In this document: piece by piece, positions 48,300 to 58,738 of the stretch
Position numbering within the stretch: position 1 is the stretch's first letter
How the letters are laid out: each line of letters opens with the position of its first letter
Source: Hypanus sabinus
Lineage: Eukaryota
Direction: 5' to 3'
DNA: 64,000 bases
Assembly: GCF_030144855.1 (NCBI RefSeq)
Contig: NW_026778903.1
Location: forward strand, 434,001-498,000
Notes under the pieces: model-generated
Told to the model about the DNA's origin: nothing
The model's database searches: none
What the model saw: the letters and a program-made list of their open reading frames with translations, nothing else
Made by a program: the position numbers and the translations under genes

Positions 48300-49110
48300 G
48301 GGAGAATGAAGAACAAATGACGGAAAATGAACAAAGATGTATTACGGGAAAGTTACGAGCGTGGATAGAGCATTGGCTCTTGGGTGGAGGCAAAGAGTGG
48401 GAATTAAGGCTGCCGGTCTCCAGTGATCTGCACCAGTCAGTTTGGGGACCACTTCTCTGTACGTTGTATGTAAATAATCTGGATGACGGAATTGCTGATT
48501 TTTGTGCCCTAGCTTGCCAATGTTGGGTGGAGGGGCAGATGGAATTGAGGTAGCAGGGAGACTGCAGAAGAGCTGCACTGATTCACAGAATGGGCAAAGG
48601 AATTACTGTTTTCTAAATGGGGAGAGAATTCAAAAATCGGAGATTTTGCTGATATTGGAGATGGATCATTATAATTATCCCCGTAAGTAAAGGCTTGTCT
48701 TAGGAGGAGCGTTTGACGGCTCTGGGCTTGTACTCGCTGGAATTTAGAAGAATGAGGAGGATCTCATTGAATTCTATCAAATGTTGAAAGGCCCAGATAG
48801 AGTGGATGTGGAGAGGATGGAACCTGCAGTGAGGGAGTCTGGGACCAGAGGATACACCCTGAGATGCTCATGTTTAATGGAGATCTGGAGGAACTTCCTC
48901 AGCCATACAGTGATGAATCTGTGGAATTTATTGCCGCAGGTGGCTGTAGAGGCCAGGGTGTATTTAAGGTGGAGGTTCACAGATTATTGATAAGTCAGGA
49001 CATGAAAGGTTACGGGAAGAAGGCAAGTTAATGGAGTTGAGAGGGAAACGAATCAACCACCATCAAATGGTGGTGCAGACGTGATGGACCGAATGGCCTA
49101 ATTGGTTCCC
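48300..49110 (+). mobile_element. CR1-type LINE degenerate 3' half
   Basis: LRAWIEHWL, PLLCTLYVNNLDDG and a CR1-type 3' UTR. Confidence 0.75.
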
Positions 49111-49204
49111 CTGTCTTATGGTCTAAGTCGCCTTGCTCACCACGCCCTCTCCTCATTACTGCTGTGAGGGAGGAGGTAGCAGAGCCTGAGGACGGACACT
49201 CATC

Positions 49205-49440
49205 ATGGACAGAACAGTAGCATAATGGGTAGCAGGTCACTATTACAGAGCCAGTGACCCGGGTTCGATTCCCACCACCGTCTGTAAGGAGATGTATGTT
49301 CTCCCCGTCTCCGCACGGGATCCGATGGGTGCTCAGGTTTCTGGTCTCCTCCCACCTTCCAAAAGGGACAGATTTGTCTGGAGTAATACACAGTGCAGGT
49401 TTCTCCAGTTGGACGGGCCTGTGACTGTGCTTTATATCTA
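49205..49440 (+). mobile_element. tRNA-derived SINE, with a paralog at about 63455-63620
   Basis: cagtagcataatgg...ggttcgattcccacca...gtctgtaaggag shared by both copies. Confidence 0.75.
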
Positions 49441-49549
49441 AATAAAAATTTAAAAAATACCTTTTCAGTACAACTTCCAGTTTACCATCAGATTTCTGAA
49501 TAGTCTGTGAAGCTATGGTCTACCTCACTATTTTGCTCCTTTTTCCAGG

Positions 49550-50540
49550 TTATACCCCTCTTTGTTGACTGTCCCTGTCAATAAAAAATACCCAATCAAC
49601 CAGTCCCGATAATACCTTTTCATAACTTGTCCACCACTGATGTCGACTCACTGGCCTATAATTTCCTGGATTATTCTCAGAGTCTTCCTTAAACAGCAGA
49701 GCAACAGTAGCCATTCTCCAGTCATCTGGTACCTCATCTGCTCTAAATATCTCTGCCAGGGCCCCTGCAATTTTTGCACTTGCTTTCCAAAGGGACACCT
49801 TGTCAGGCCCTGGGGATCTGTCCACCCTGACTTGCCTCAGGACAACAAACCCCTCCTCCTCTGTAATGAGTACAGATTCCACGGGCTCGATGCTGCTTTG
49901 CCTCTCTTCCATCGACTCTGTCCACCTCCTGACTGAATTCCTATGCAACATGTCCATTTAACATCTCCCCTCATTGCTTTTGACTCCACACTGATTACCA
50001 TTCTGATCTTCCAGAGGGCAAATTTTCTGCCTTGCAATCATTTTGCTCCTTCACCTTGTCTGCTGGAGCAAGCTCATGCCTTCTTTTAGCAACCTGATTT
50101 CTTCTTTAATGTTCTTCTGCATTTCTCCTACTCAACTACCTATCTGCGATGCACCTCCTTTTTTTCCTCAACCAGGACAGCAATATCTCTCAAAGCAAGC
50201 TTCCCTAAACCTGTTAACCTTGCCTTTTATTCTGACCAGCAGATACAAGCTTTGTCCTCTGAAAAGACCTCCCACTTATGAAGTTACCTTTGCCAGAAAA
50301 CATCCTGTCTGAATCCACACTTGCTAGATCCCTTCTGATACATCCAAGTTGTCTGAGTTAAACTCCATCTGCAATTCCTTGATTCAGTTCGCCAGGTCCT
50401 CTGGAACTCACTATAACATGAGATAACACCCTTCACTGCCCACTACCTCACCAATTTTGGTGATATGTACAAACTTATTTGAACAGGATGAGGGTGTCTG
50501 TAGATTGGGTGTTTGTAAACCCGTGACATATTGACTCCTG
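49550..50540 (-). mobile_element. CR1-type LINE fragment
   Basis: VDRSPGPDK, DDWRMATVALLFK and NPGNYRPVS motifs. Confidence 0.8.
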
Positions 50541-51187
50541 TCTGTTCTCACTCCCTAACTGCTCCCAATCACTCAGTGAGTTTGTCTGCACCTTCTCCCT
50601 GTGGTTACCCCAGTTTTAGCCCATCAGAGACATCCTCCACCCCCACTCCGCCCTGCAGTTCCACAAGCAGAATTTACAATTTACCTGCTTCTCCATTTTG
50701 ATAATTGCTTTATTATTCTCACTTGTACTGAGGAACAGTGAGGAGCTTTAATTTGTGTCCTGTCCTGTCCTGAAAGATCATGCCTACATCAGCACCTCAG
50801 TGCAGTGCAAATGGGAAACAGAATACACAATACTGTTAGAGTTACAGAGAAAATTTGTGCAGGTAAACAATCAGGGCTGCAATGTTCTCATTAGAATATC
50901 GGGAAGCCACAAGACTCGTACAAGAGCCCCCTCAGATGCTGACTGACCTGCTGAATGTTTCCATTATTTTCGGATTACATTTCCAATCTCCATCCCCCAC
51001 TCCCTCACTCTGGGCTGAACACTTCAGTTAACAACAATATATTGCCATTAATACAAGATAACTACAATAAATATTTACAATACTGATCCCTCTCACACAG
51101 GGAGGGATAGTTGGTGTTCTCATCCTAGAAAGCAGACTTTGTCATTCCCACATCCAATACTTTGAGAGATGTGTGGAAAGGCAGGAA

Positions 51188-51420
51188 TTACTCCCATGAG
51201 ATTGTGGATTGAGTGAAAAGCCTAGGCTTACTATCTGCAGTTGAATGCCGGGATGCCAGGTTTTACATAACTGACCCATGGGTGCCCATGCACCCAGGAG
51301 TCCAGATTTTCCCCCATACATCGGATGCCTGGTAGACAAACAACCATCAATTCCAAACGGGAATTGGTTGGCCTGGAATGTCACAGAACTATACATGCCC
51401 TTCAGATCCTCCTTGCACAG
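51188..51420 (-). pseudogene. Candidate terminal exon, copy X2 (DLKGMYSSVTFQAN...), frameshifted near the end
   Basis: Paralog of the 12.7 and 55.0 kb copies. Confidence 0.4.
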
Positions 51421-52140
51421 GAGAATTCAACACCCTCCAATGAGTTTTTTTAAGGAGATAACTGTAATGATTGACAGCAACAGTGAGGTAGATGTTATCG
51501 ACATACGATTTGGTTAGATCTTTGATAGGGAGAGCTGGTCCAGAGGCTCCTGAGGTCCAAGGTAAGCTGTTTAATTGGATCCAACATTAACTGGTGATCA
51601 GAAGTTGAAGGTAGAATTGGGAGGTTGCTTTTCTGATTGATGTCTGTTCCTCTGTGATGTATCAAAGGGTAACTCGTGTGATATAACAACTGAGTTGTGA
51701 ATGGTGAAGATATAATTGGCAGGTTTGTGGCAAAGACAATGTTGATGGTCCTGTGGATGGGAGGAAAGTTGGCTTGGATACAGATCGGAGTGAAAGTTGT
51801 GCAGGGAGAGGCAGATGGAGTTGAATGCAAAGGAGGGCAAGGTGATGTGTTCTGCCGTGATGGAATGGTAGAGTAGACTCAATGGGCCGAGTGGCCTAAT
51901 CCTGTCCCTATGTATGATGGTCGAAGTGTAAAAGTGGACTGGCTCCTAGTCTAATGTATGAGAGATATTGGGTTGCAGATCCAAAGACTGTGGATATGGT
52001 GGTTAAAAGGCTAAACTGTGAATACGTTGATAACTTAGTTTATTATTCCCACATTTTCGAGGTACAATGTAAGCTTTTCTTTTCATTTTTTCTGGCCCGG
52101 TGAGATTGTCCTGTAGCAATTCGATTGGGGCCATCAGCAG

Positions 52141-52350
52141 NNNNNNNNNNNNNNNNNNNNNNNNNNNNNNNNNNNNNNNNNNNNNNNNNNNNNNNNNNNN
52201 NNNNNNNNNNNNNNNNNNNNNNNNNNNNNNNNNNNNNNNNNNNNNNNNNNNNNNNNNNNNNNNNNNNNNNNNNNNNNNNNNNNNNNNNNNNNNNNNNNNN
52301 NNNNNNNNNNNNNNNNNNNNNNNNNNNNNNNNNNNNNNNNNNNNNNNNNN
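52141..52350. other. Assembly gap (210 N)
   Basis: Run of N. Confidence 1.
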
Positions 52351-52459
52351 TTTGGGGACAAAAGGAGTCGGTGTGGGAGGTGGGATGGTGAGATGGAGTT
52401 GGGGTGTCAGTGGTGGGAGAGGGAGAAGGGGTTTCTGAGAGGGAGAGGAGAATGTCGGG

Positions 52460-52760
52460 TACGTGGGATCCCAGCCTGTAAGCTATGCCCATTGATCTGT
52501 TATTCTGTATATAAACCTCCCCAAGCCCCTGGATTAGACCCCAGCCTGTAACCCACACCCACAATCTGTTATTCTGTATATAAACCTCCCCAAGCCCCTG
52601 GATTAGACCCCAGCCTGTAACCCACTCCCACAATCTGTTATTCTGTATATAAACCCCCCAAGCCCCTGGATTAGACCCCAGCCTGTAACCTACTCCCACA
52701 ATCTGTTATTCTATAAATAAACCCCTGAACCCCTCGATTAGATCCCAGAAGGTAACCCAT
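52460..52760. repeat. 69-bp minisatellite, about 4 copies
   Basis: tattctgtat recurs at 52501, 52570 and 52639, with a variant at 52707. Confidence 0.9.
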
Positions 52761-53089
52761 TACTGCTGTGTGTGGGGGCACTCCCACACCAGATTCCACC
52801 TGTTGCAGGTGCATTCTCCTGCTCCATCCCTCTGTGTTACTCCCTCCATATGATACAAACAGCTCCCTCACCACCTTCCAAGAGCTGATGTGGCCCCTGA
52901 GGCTGGGGGTCCCAGTCACTCCATTATGAAGTTGAGGGGTCATTGAGCCCTGGGAGATGACCAACCCCTGGATTAGATGCTGATTTCTAACCCACACCTG
53001 ATGATGGGTTATTAAACAGACTCCCACAGATCTGTCATTCTTTATCTACAACCCTGAACCACCGGATTATATTTCAGCCTGGAGCTCAC

Positions 53090-53218
53090 TCCCGGGGGAT
53101 CTGGGGTGTTCCCCAGCCACCACGCCTCTGCCCTCGTACTTCTGGCCTGAGAGAGACTGGAGCGAGACGCTGTGGGAGTAGCCGGGCGGGTGCCTTCTGT
53201 CGGCGGTCTGCACTGCAG
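53090..53218 (-). CDS. Candidate internal exon (AVQTADRRHPPGYSHSVSLQSLSGQKYEGRGVVAGEHPRSPG)
   Basis: cccctccctccacagcag acceptor, A|gtgagc donor, 129 nt, GC-rich, open in phase 1/1. Confidence 0.35.
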
Positions 53219-53979
53219 CTGCTGTGGAGGGAGGGGATGCTTAGAATGAGTGCGGGGTGCTGATCGATCGGGCAGCTCTGTCCCAATTAGTGTTGTGCTT
53301 CGAGGATTGTTGGAACTGAAAGTGGACAGTGCTGTGTCGCACTCTGATTTATTCTGAACCTGCAGCAGTGCACGAACGGCATTGAGACAAGATTATTCTG
53401 ATTTTGAGACTGGAGAGAATTGTCTATGGCAATCTGCCTTTTATACTTTTATTAATAGGAAAATAGTGAATACATGTCAATAATCAGCAGGACATTCCTT
53501 TTCCTTAAAAAGTGCGTATTTATTGTTATAAATTAATCAATGATAAACTCTGCTTAAAATTACAATGGCACACGAGAGAGTTCTCTTTAGAACATTACTC
53601 CCCTTTTTGCCCCCCCCCCCCAATACACTGGATGCCTGGGAGAACCGTCATTTCCAACCCGGAATAGATTGGCCTGGAACGTCCACACAAGAGAATTCTC
53701 TTTGGAAAATCACTCCCCTTTTTGGCACAAGTGATCAAAAAGGTTCACCACCCCTCATTTCCACCATTGCCTGATTCTATTCCCAATCTCTTTGCACAGT
53801 AACTAACTCCAGGCTGAACACTTTAATAACGTATTGTCATAAATACAAGAATAATTTATAACCATAAATACTGAAATTAATATTTATAACACCGATCTCT
53901 CTCACATCAGGGGTAGCTTCTGTTCACGTCCCAGAAAACTACATCCGTCATTCCCACAGATTTGGGAAAGAGGCAGGAA

Positions 53980-54188
53980 TTACTTCCAGGAGATCCCGGA
54001 CTGTGTGCAAATCCCACACCTGGGCTTGCAGAACTGACCCAGAGCTGCATACCCACCCAGGGGTCTGCAGATTCCCTTATACATGGCACACCTGGGAGAT
54101 GTGCAATTTACAAGGGATAATCGTGGATCCGACTGGCCTTTGGCTGGGAAAGTCACAGAAGTTCCCAGATACAGGCACTTCAGCTCAT
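53980..54188 (-). CDS. Candidate terminal exon, copy Y2, open (ELKCLYLGTSVTF...TQSGISWK-stop)
   Basis: 69 codons open in phase 1, stop at the family-conserved position, AT-rich 3' region with AATAAA near 53520. Confidence 0.4.
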
Positions 54189-55044
54189 CTTTGTAGAGTT
54201 AATTCCTGTCCATCTAATTGGCCTGAGCTTTTTAAGGTGGTAAGGTTTTTTAAGGCAGGGGGTTATATGGGAGGCAGGGTTTGAGGGTTGGCACAACCTT
54301 GTGGGCCAATGGGCCTGTAAAGTGCTGTATTATTCTATGTTCTACGTAAATAAAAGGATCAATAAGGGGAGTGAGGTAGATGTTATCTACCTAAACTTTA
54401 GTAAAATCTTTGATTATGGAGGACTGGTCTGGAAGGCACGTGGAGTCCAAAGTGAGCCAGATAATTGGATCCAACATGGCTGCTGATCAGAGTTTGAATG
54501 TCGTGGTGGGAGGATACTTGTCTGATTAATGTCTGACCTGTGGTTTACCACAGGGTACCAAATGTGTGATTTGTTACCAACTGATTTGTGAAGGTTGCAG
54601 GTATGATTGGCAGGTTTGTGCTAAGACTTTGGTGGTGTTGTGGAGGGTTGGGAAGGTTATCAAGAAATCACCTTCATTGTCCAACAGAACTACCAGGATG
54701 AACGACGTCTTTCAGTTTGCTGGCAGCTTCCCCGAGTCAGGGGGATCACAGATGGAGTGTTTTCAAATGGAAATGTTTACTCCGTGTCTCCCCCCCACAG
54801 ATGCTGTCTAACCAGCTGAGTGATTCCATCATTTCCTGATTACATTTCCAATCTCCATTCCCCACTCCCTCACTCTGGGCCGAACACTAAAAATAATATT
54901 GTCATAAATACAAGACAACTGCAATAAATATTCACAACACTGATCCCTCTCTCAGCAGGCAGGGCTAGTTGCTGTTCACATCCCAGAAAACCCACTTCAT
55001 CATTCCCACATCCAATTCCCTAAGAGGTGTGGGAAAGGCAGGAA

Positions 55045-55298
55045 TTAGTCGCATGAGAGTTTGAACTGTGTGAAATGCCTGTACTTAGTGTACACAGTCC
55101 AATGCCAGGGTTTACATAGGTGACCCAGGGACGTACGTACACCCAGGGGTCTAGTGTCCATCCCCCCACCCCCATACATTGGGCGCCTGGGAGAACCATC
55201 AAATCTAACCCAGAATAGGTTGGGCTGGAATGTCACAGAACTATACAGCACAGATAAAGTTCCTTCAGCTCGTCTTTCCACAGGGGAATTCCTCCCCT
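55045..55298 (-). CDS. Candidate terminal exon, copy X3, open, with ITIM-like VLYSSV
   Basis: acacttgcag acceptor, phase 1, open to the family-conserved stop (TQFKLSCD-stop). Confidence 0.4.
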
Positions 55299-55379
55299 CT
55301 GCAAGTGTTTTTTTTTTAAAGGAGGTAACTATAAGAATTGACAAGGTTGGCTAGGATACAGATCGGATGGAAAGTTGGG

Positions 55380-55850
55380 CCGATAGAGACAGATGGACTT
55401 TAATACCAGTGGGAACAAGGTGATGTATTCTGGGATGTCAAATTCTGGTAGAACATCCACAATTTATGATGGGACACCGGGGGTGTGGAACAGAGAGTCC
55501 GTGGGATACAATTCCAGAGACCCCTGAAAGCAACTACACCGTGGGACAGGATGGTGAAGAAGTCGTACAGTGCAGTTCCCTTCTGAGATCAGGGGATGGA
55601 ATGGAAAAGCTGGGATGGTATGTTAGAACTTGACAAGATACTGGTCAGACTGCACTGGGATCACTGTGTACCACTACAGGAAGGCTGGGGTCACATTGGA
55701 GGGAGAGCCGAGGAGATACACTATGATGTTGTTGGGATCGGGTGGTGGGGGTTTAGTCATGTGGAGTGATTGGACGGGTTGGAGCAGATTCCTCTGGAGT
55801 GTCGGAAGCTGAGGGGAGACCTGATGGACGTGCTGCTTGAGGTATCAACC
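55380..55850 (+). mobile_element. Degenerate CR1 3' fragment, overlapped in antisense by gene B's tail
   Basis: ctctggagtgtcggaagctgaggggagacctgatgg is the CR1 LE.RRLRGDL motif. Confidence 0.7.
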
Positions 55851-55921
55851 CTGACAGTGGGATCTCCCTGTGCGTCTCCATCTCGACCGATCTTCTCCGA
55901 CACCTTTTCCCGCGTTGCCAC
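55753..55921 (-). CDS. Gene B exon 6: cytoplasmic tail (W)WQRGKRCRRRSVEMETHREIPLSG...TPHD-stop
   Basis: ttgtacctccag acceptor, phase 2, basic stop-transfer residues; the 3' end is uncertain because it runs into antisense CR1. Confidence 0.6.
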
Positions 55922-56079
55922 CTGGAGGTACAACAGAGGGGAAGGTCACTGAGAGTCTGTTCACTGAGCGACAGAGATAGGTCACGGAGGCAGTGAGTGA
56001 TGTGGGGTACCGGAGGGACAGTGAGTGAGTTGAGAGAACTGAACACTGGGATTCTCCAGGAAACAACGAGGTCACTTAC

Positions 56080-56128
56080 CACAGAACGAGAACCGGGACA
56101 CCAATTAAGACTACCAGCACCAGCACCA
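56080..56128 (-). CDS. Gene B exon 5: TM VVLVLVVLIGVPVLVL(W)
   Basis: ttccattctacag acceptor, gtaagt donor, 49 nt, phase 1 to 2. Confidence 0.82.
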
Positions 56129-56319
56129 CTGTAGAATGGAAATTTTACAATTAGACTGGTTTGACCAGAAACATACTCGATCGATATGGGAAAGTCTGAT
56201 ACCCATCCTCCTCCCCATTCATATGCCCGCATCACCATCCACACCCATACCTCCATCCATCCCATAGTCCCACTTACTCCCCATCTTCACTGCCTTCTGT
56301 ATCTCTCCATCTCGTTTCT

Positions 56320-56920
56320 AAATCACAAGTACAGGGATCTGTAAACATGGTGTCACCGGTAGACGGGATGGTGAAGAAGGTGTTTGACACACTGGCCTTC
56401 ATCAGTCCAGGCACAGAGTACAGAAGCTGGAACATTACGTTGCAGTTGTACAAGACACTGGTGAGGGTTCGTTTGGAATATTGTGTTGGTCAGTGTGTTT
56501 CTAGTTACTTTGAATGAAAGGTGCCATTCCGGGGGTCAGTCCAGAAGTTCACAATAACTACTGGGAAGTGTTTGATGTTTCTGGGCCTGTGTTCACTAGA
56601 GTTCTGAATGATGAGGGAAGGGGTCTCATTGAAGTGTCCTGGATACAGAAAGTCCTGGATAGAGAGGATGCAGGGAGGACCTTTCCATCTGGATCTGAGG
56701 AAACGACGACAGGATAAAGGAACATGCAGAAAATGCTGGAGGAGCTCAGCAAGTCAGGTGACATCTATGGAGAAGAGTAAACAGTCAGCGTTTCAGACTG
56801 AGACCCTTCATCGGGAAGGGTTTACTCTTTTCCATAGATGCTGCCTGGCCAGCTGAGTTCCTCCAACATTTTGTGTGCATTGCTTGGATTTCCAGCATCT
56901 GCAGGTTTTCTCTTGTTTGT
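56320..56920. mobile_element. CR1 fragment (+) followed by a Penelope-like 3' end (-)
   Basis: CR1 LQLYKTLVR motif; then aaatgctggaggagctcagcaag and a degenerate hammerhead. Confidence 0.6.
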
Positions 56921-57354
56921 GACGGGATAAAGGGAAGTCACTTTGGAATTATGAGGAACTTCACCATTCCGAAAGTGTTGAATCTGCAGATTGAGACCAT
57001 GTCATTAGATGGACAAAGTAGCCACTGAGTGTATGTACATGGTCTCTGCTGCTGTCACACATCCACTTCAAGGTTTGACACCTTATGCGTTTAGAGATGT
57101 TCTTCTACACACCACTGTCGTCCATGGTCCAGGTGACGTATCTACCTGCAGACCTTCCAGCTTCCCTGTCACATTCTCATTGGTAATAGCAACAACACTC
57201 ACTTCTGCCCTGACACTCAGATTTTTGGCATACTGCTGGTGTCTTACACTGTGAAGACGGATGCCAAACTCTTATAAATTACATTGGCCTCATTCTGCTT
57301 CTACATCCTAGAACAGCTCACTTCAACCTTCAGGTACAGAGTGGGAAGCCTCAC

Positions 57355-57501
57355 CTGGAATTACCAACTCCATACGCGCACTCGTAGTTTTGTCCCGCAC
57401 CCGTCTTCCGTCTGTTTCAGTGGACAGTGGGTTCCCAGATGTCATCTGTGGTGGGATAGACAACCAGTCTACTTGTGTCCTCTGGCTGGGACCCTCCCCG
57501 C
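57355..57501 (-). CDS. Gene B exon 4: stalk (GGEGPSQRTQVDWLSIPPQMTSGNPLSTETDGRRVRDKTTSARMELVIP)
   Basis: gtgtttttcag acceptor, ccag|gtgagg donor, 147 nt, phase 1/1. Confidence 0.75.
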
Positions 57502-58398
57502 CTGAAAAACACAGCGGGTACATCTCAGAGCCGAGCGGCTGTCCTTAGATCCACGATTCTGAGGTCGGATGGGTCCCGTGGGGAGGAGTGGTGAGCTCAG
57601 TGCAAAAGGAGCAAGAGATGAGCCTGTCCCACAGAGCAGGTCTGTCCCAGGACCCAGTCACAATCACACACCGGAGAAACAGGCACTTTGGGGACAAACC
57701 AACAGAGCCAGTCCCATTGGCTTGCATTCGCTCTGAAACCTTTCCCATCCCCGTACCTCTCCGAGTGACTTTTAAACGTTATTATTGTACCTGCACCAAA
57801 CTCTTGGCTGCTCAGTCCAGGGATGGACCTTTTTCTGAGTGAGAAAGCTGCTTAAAACACTGCATAACCTCGGGAGAAAGGCTATGTGTATTCACCCCAT
57901 CCATGCCCCTCGTGATGACAGATAGATTATCATCATGCACCTTATCGTTTACCTGCACTCCAGTTTCTCTGTTGCTGTGTCACTTCTTTCTGCTTCCTGT
58001 CATTATTTTACCCTGTTCTATTGTGTAATTATCTGATCAGTTTGAACAGTGGGCAGGACAAGTTTTTCACTATCTCGGTACATGTGACATAATGAATCAG
58101 TTCTGATTTCTAATATAATGAAGGCATTCAGAACCTCTTAGAAACTGAGGTGATTGGGCAGAAACTGGGGGGATCTGTACCATTGTACAGGCAGAAGAGA
58201 GTTAATTAGTTACGGGTTAATTACTGGTTTAATTGATTTGACAAAGTATTTTGGGCCAAAGTGCCTGTTTGTGTGCTGAACTGTTCTAAGTCTGGAAACC
58301 AGAGTCTCCCTCAAGTGGCACGGAGAGAATGTACATCAGAATGGTGGCAGTCTGGAGTATCAGACCCTCACGGTACTCCCTCTCCCATCAACACTCAC

Positions 58399-58644
58399 CC
58401 AATGTGTTGTGGATCTCACAGAAGACGGTGCCAGGGATACCCCGTGTGTAGTTCAGGGTGACACCGCCAGCTTCCACCCTGGCTTCCCTGGCGATCTGAC
58501 AGTGGAGTTCGTTGCCTTTGCCTCTGGTGCAGGTATCCTGGAACTGTCGGAGGTTGTGAAGCCGCAGGATCTGGGACCAGGACATTGTGCAGGGACAGCT
58601 GAGGAAGCCAGTGTTTGGAATGAACTTACAGGGGCCGTAATTAC
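58399..58644 (-). CDS. Gene B exon 3: six-Cys ectodomain (NYGPCKFIPNTGFLSCPCTMSW...GTVFCEIHNTL)
   Basis: 246 nt, phase 1/1, open; all six Cys, the Trp and NYT are shared with gene A. Confidence 0.85.
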
Positions 58645-58738
58645 CTGCCGGGAGAGGAGTGTCAGAGTCAGTGGGTTCAGAGGGAGGTCATCCTCCCCTT
58701 CATAGAGTGGTTCCTCATACACTGCCCCATCACAGCCC

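Noticed and set aside
53980-54100. Beta-defensin-like Cys pattern in copy Y2 (CAMYKGICR...C...CGIC)
   Set aside because: The six-Cys defensin spacing is incomplete, and the cysteines are not conserved in the paralogous X copies.
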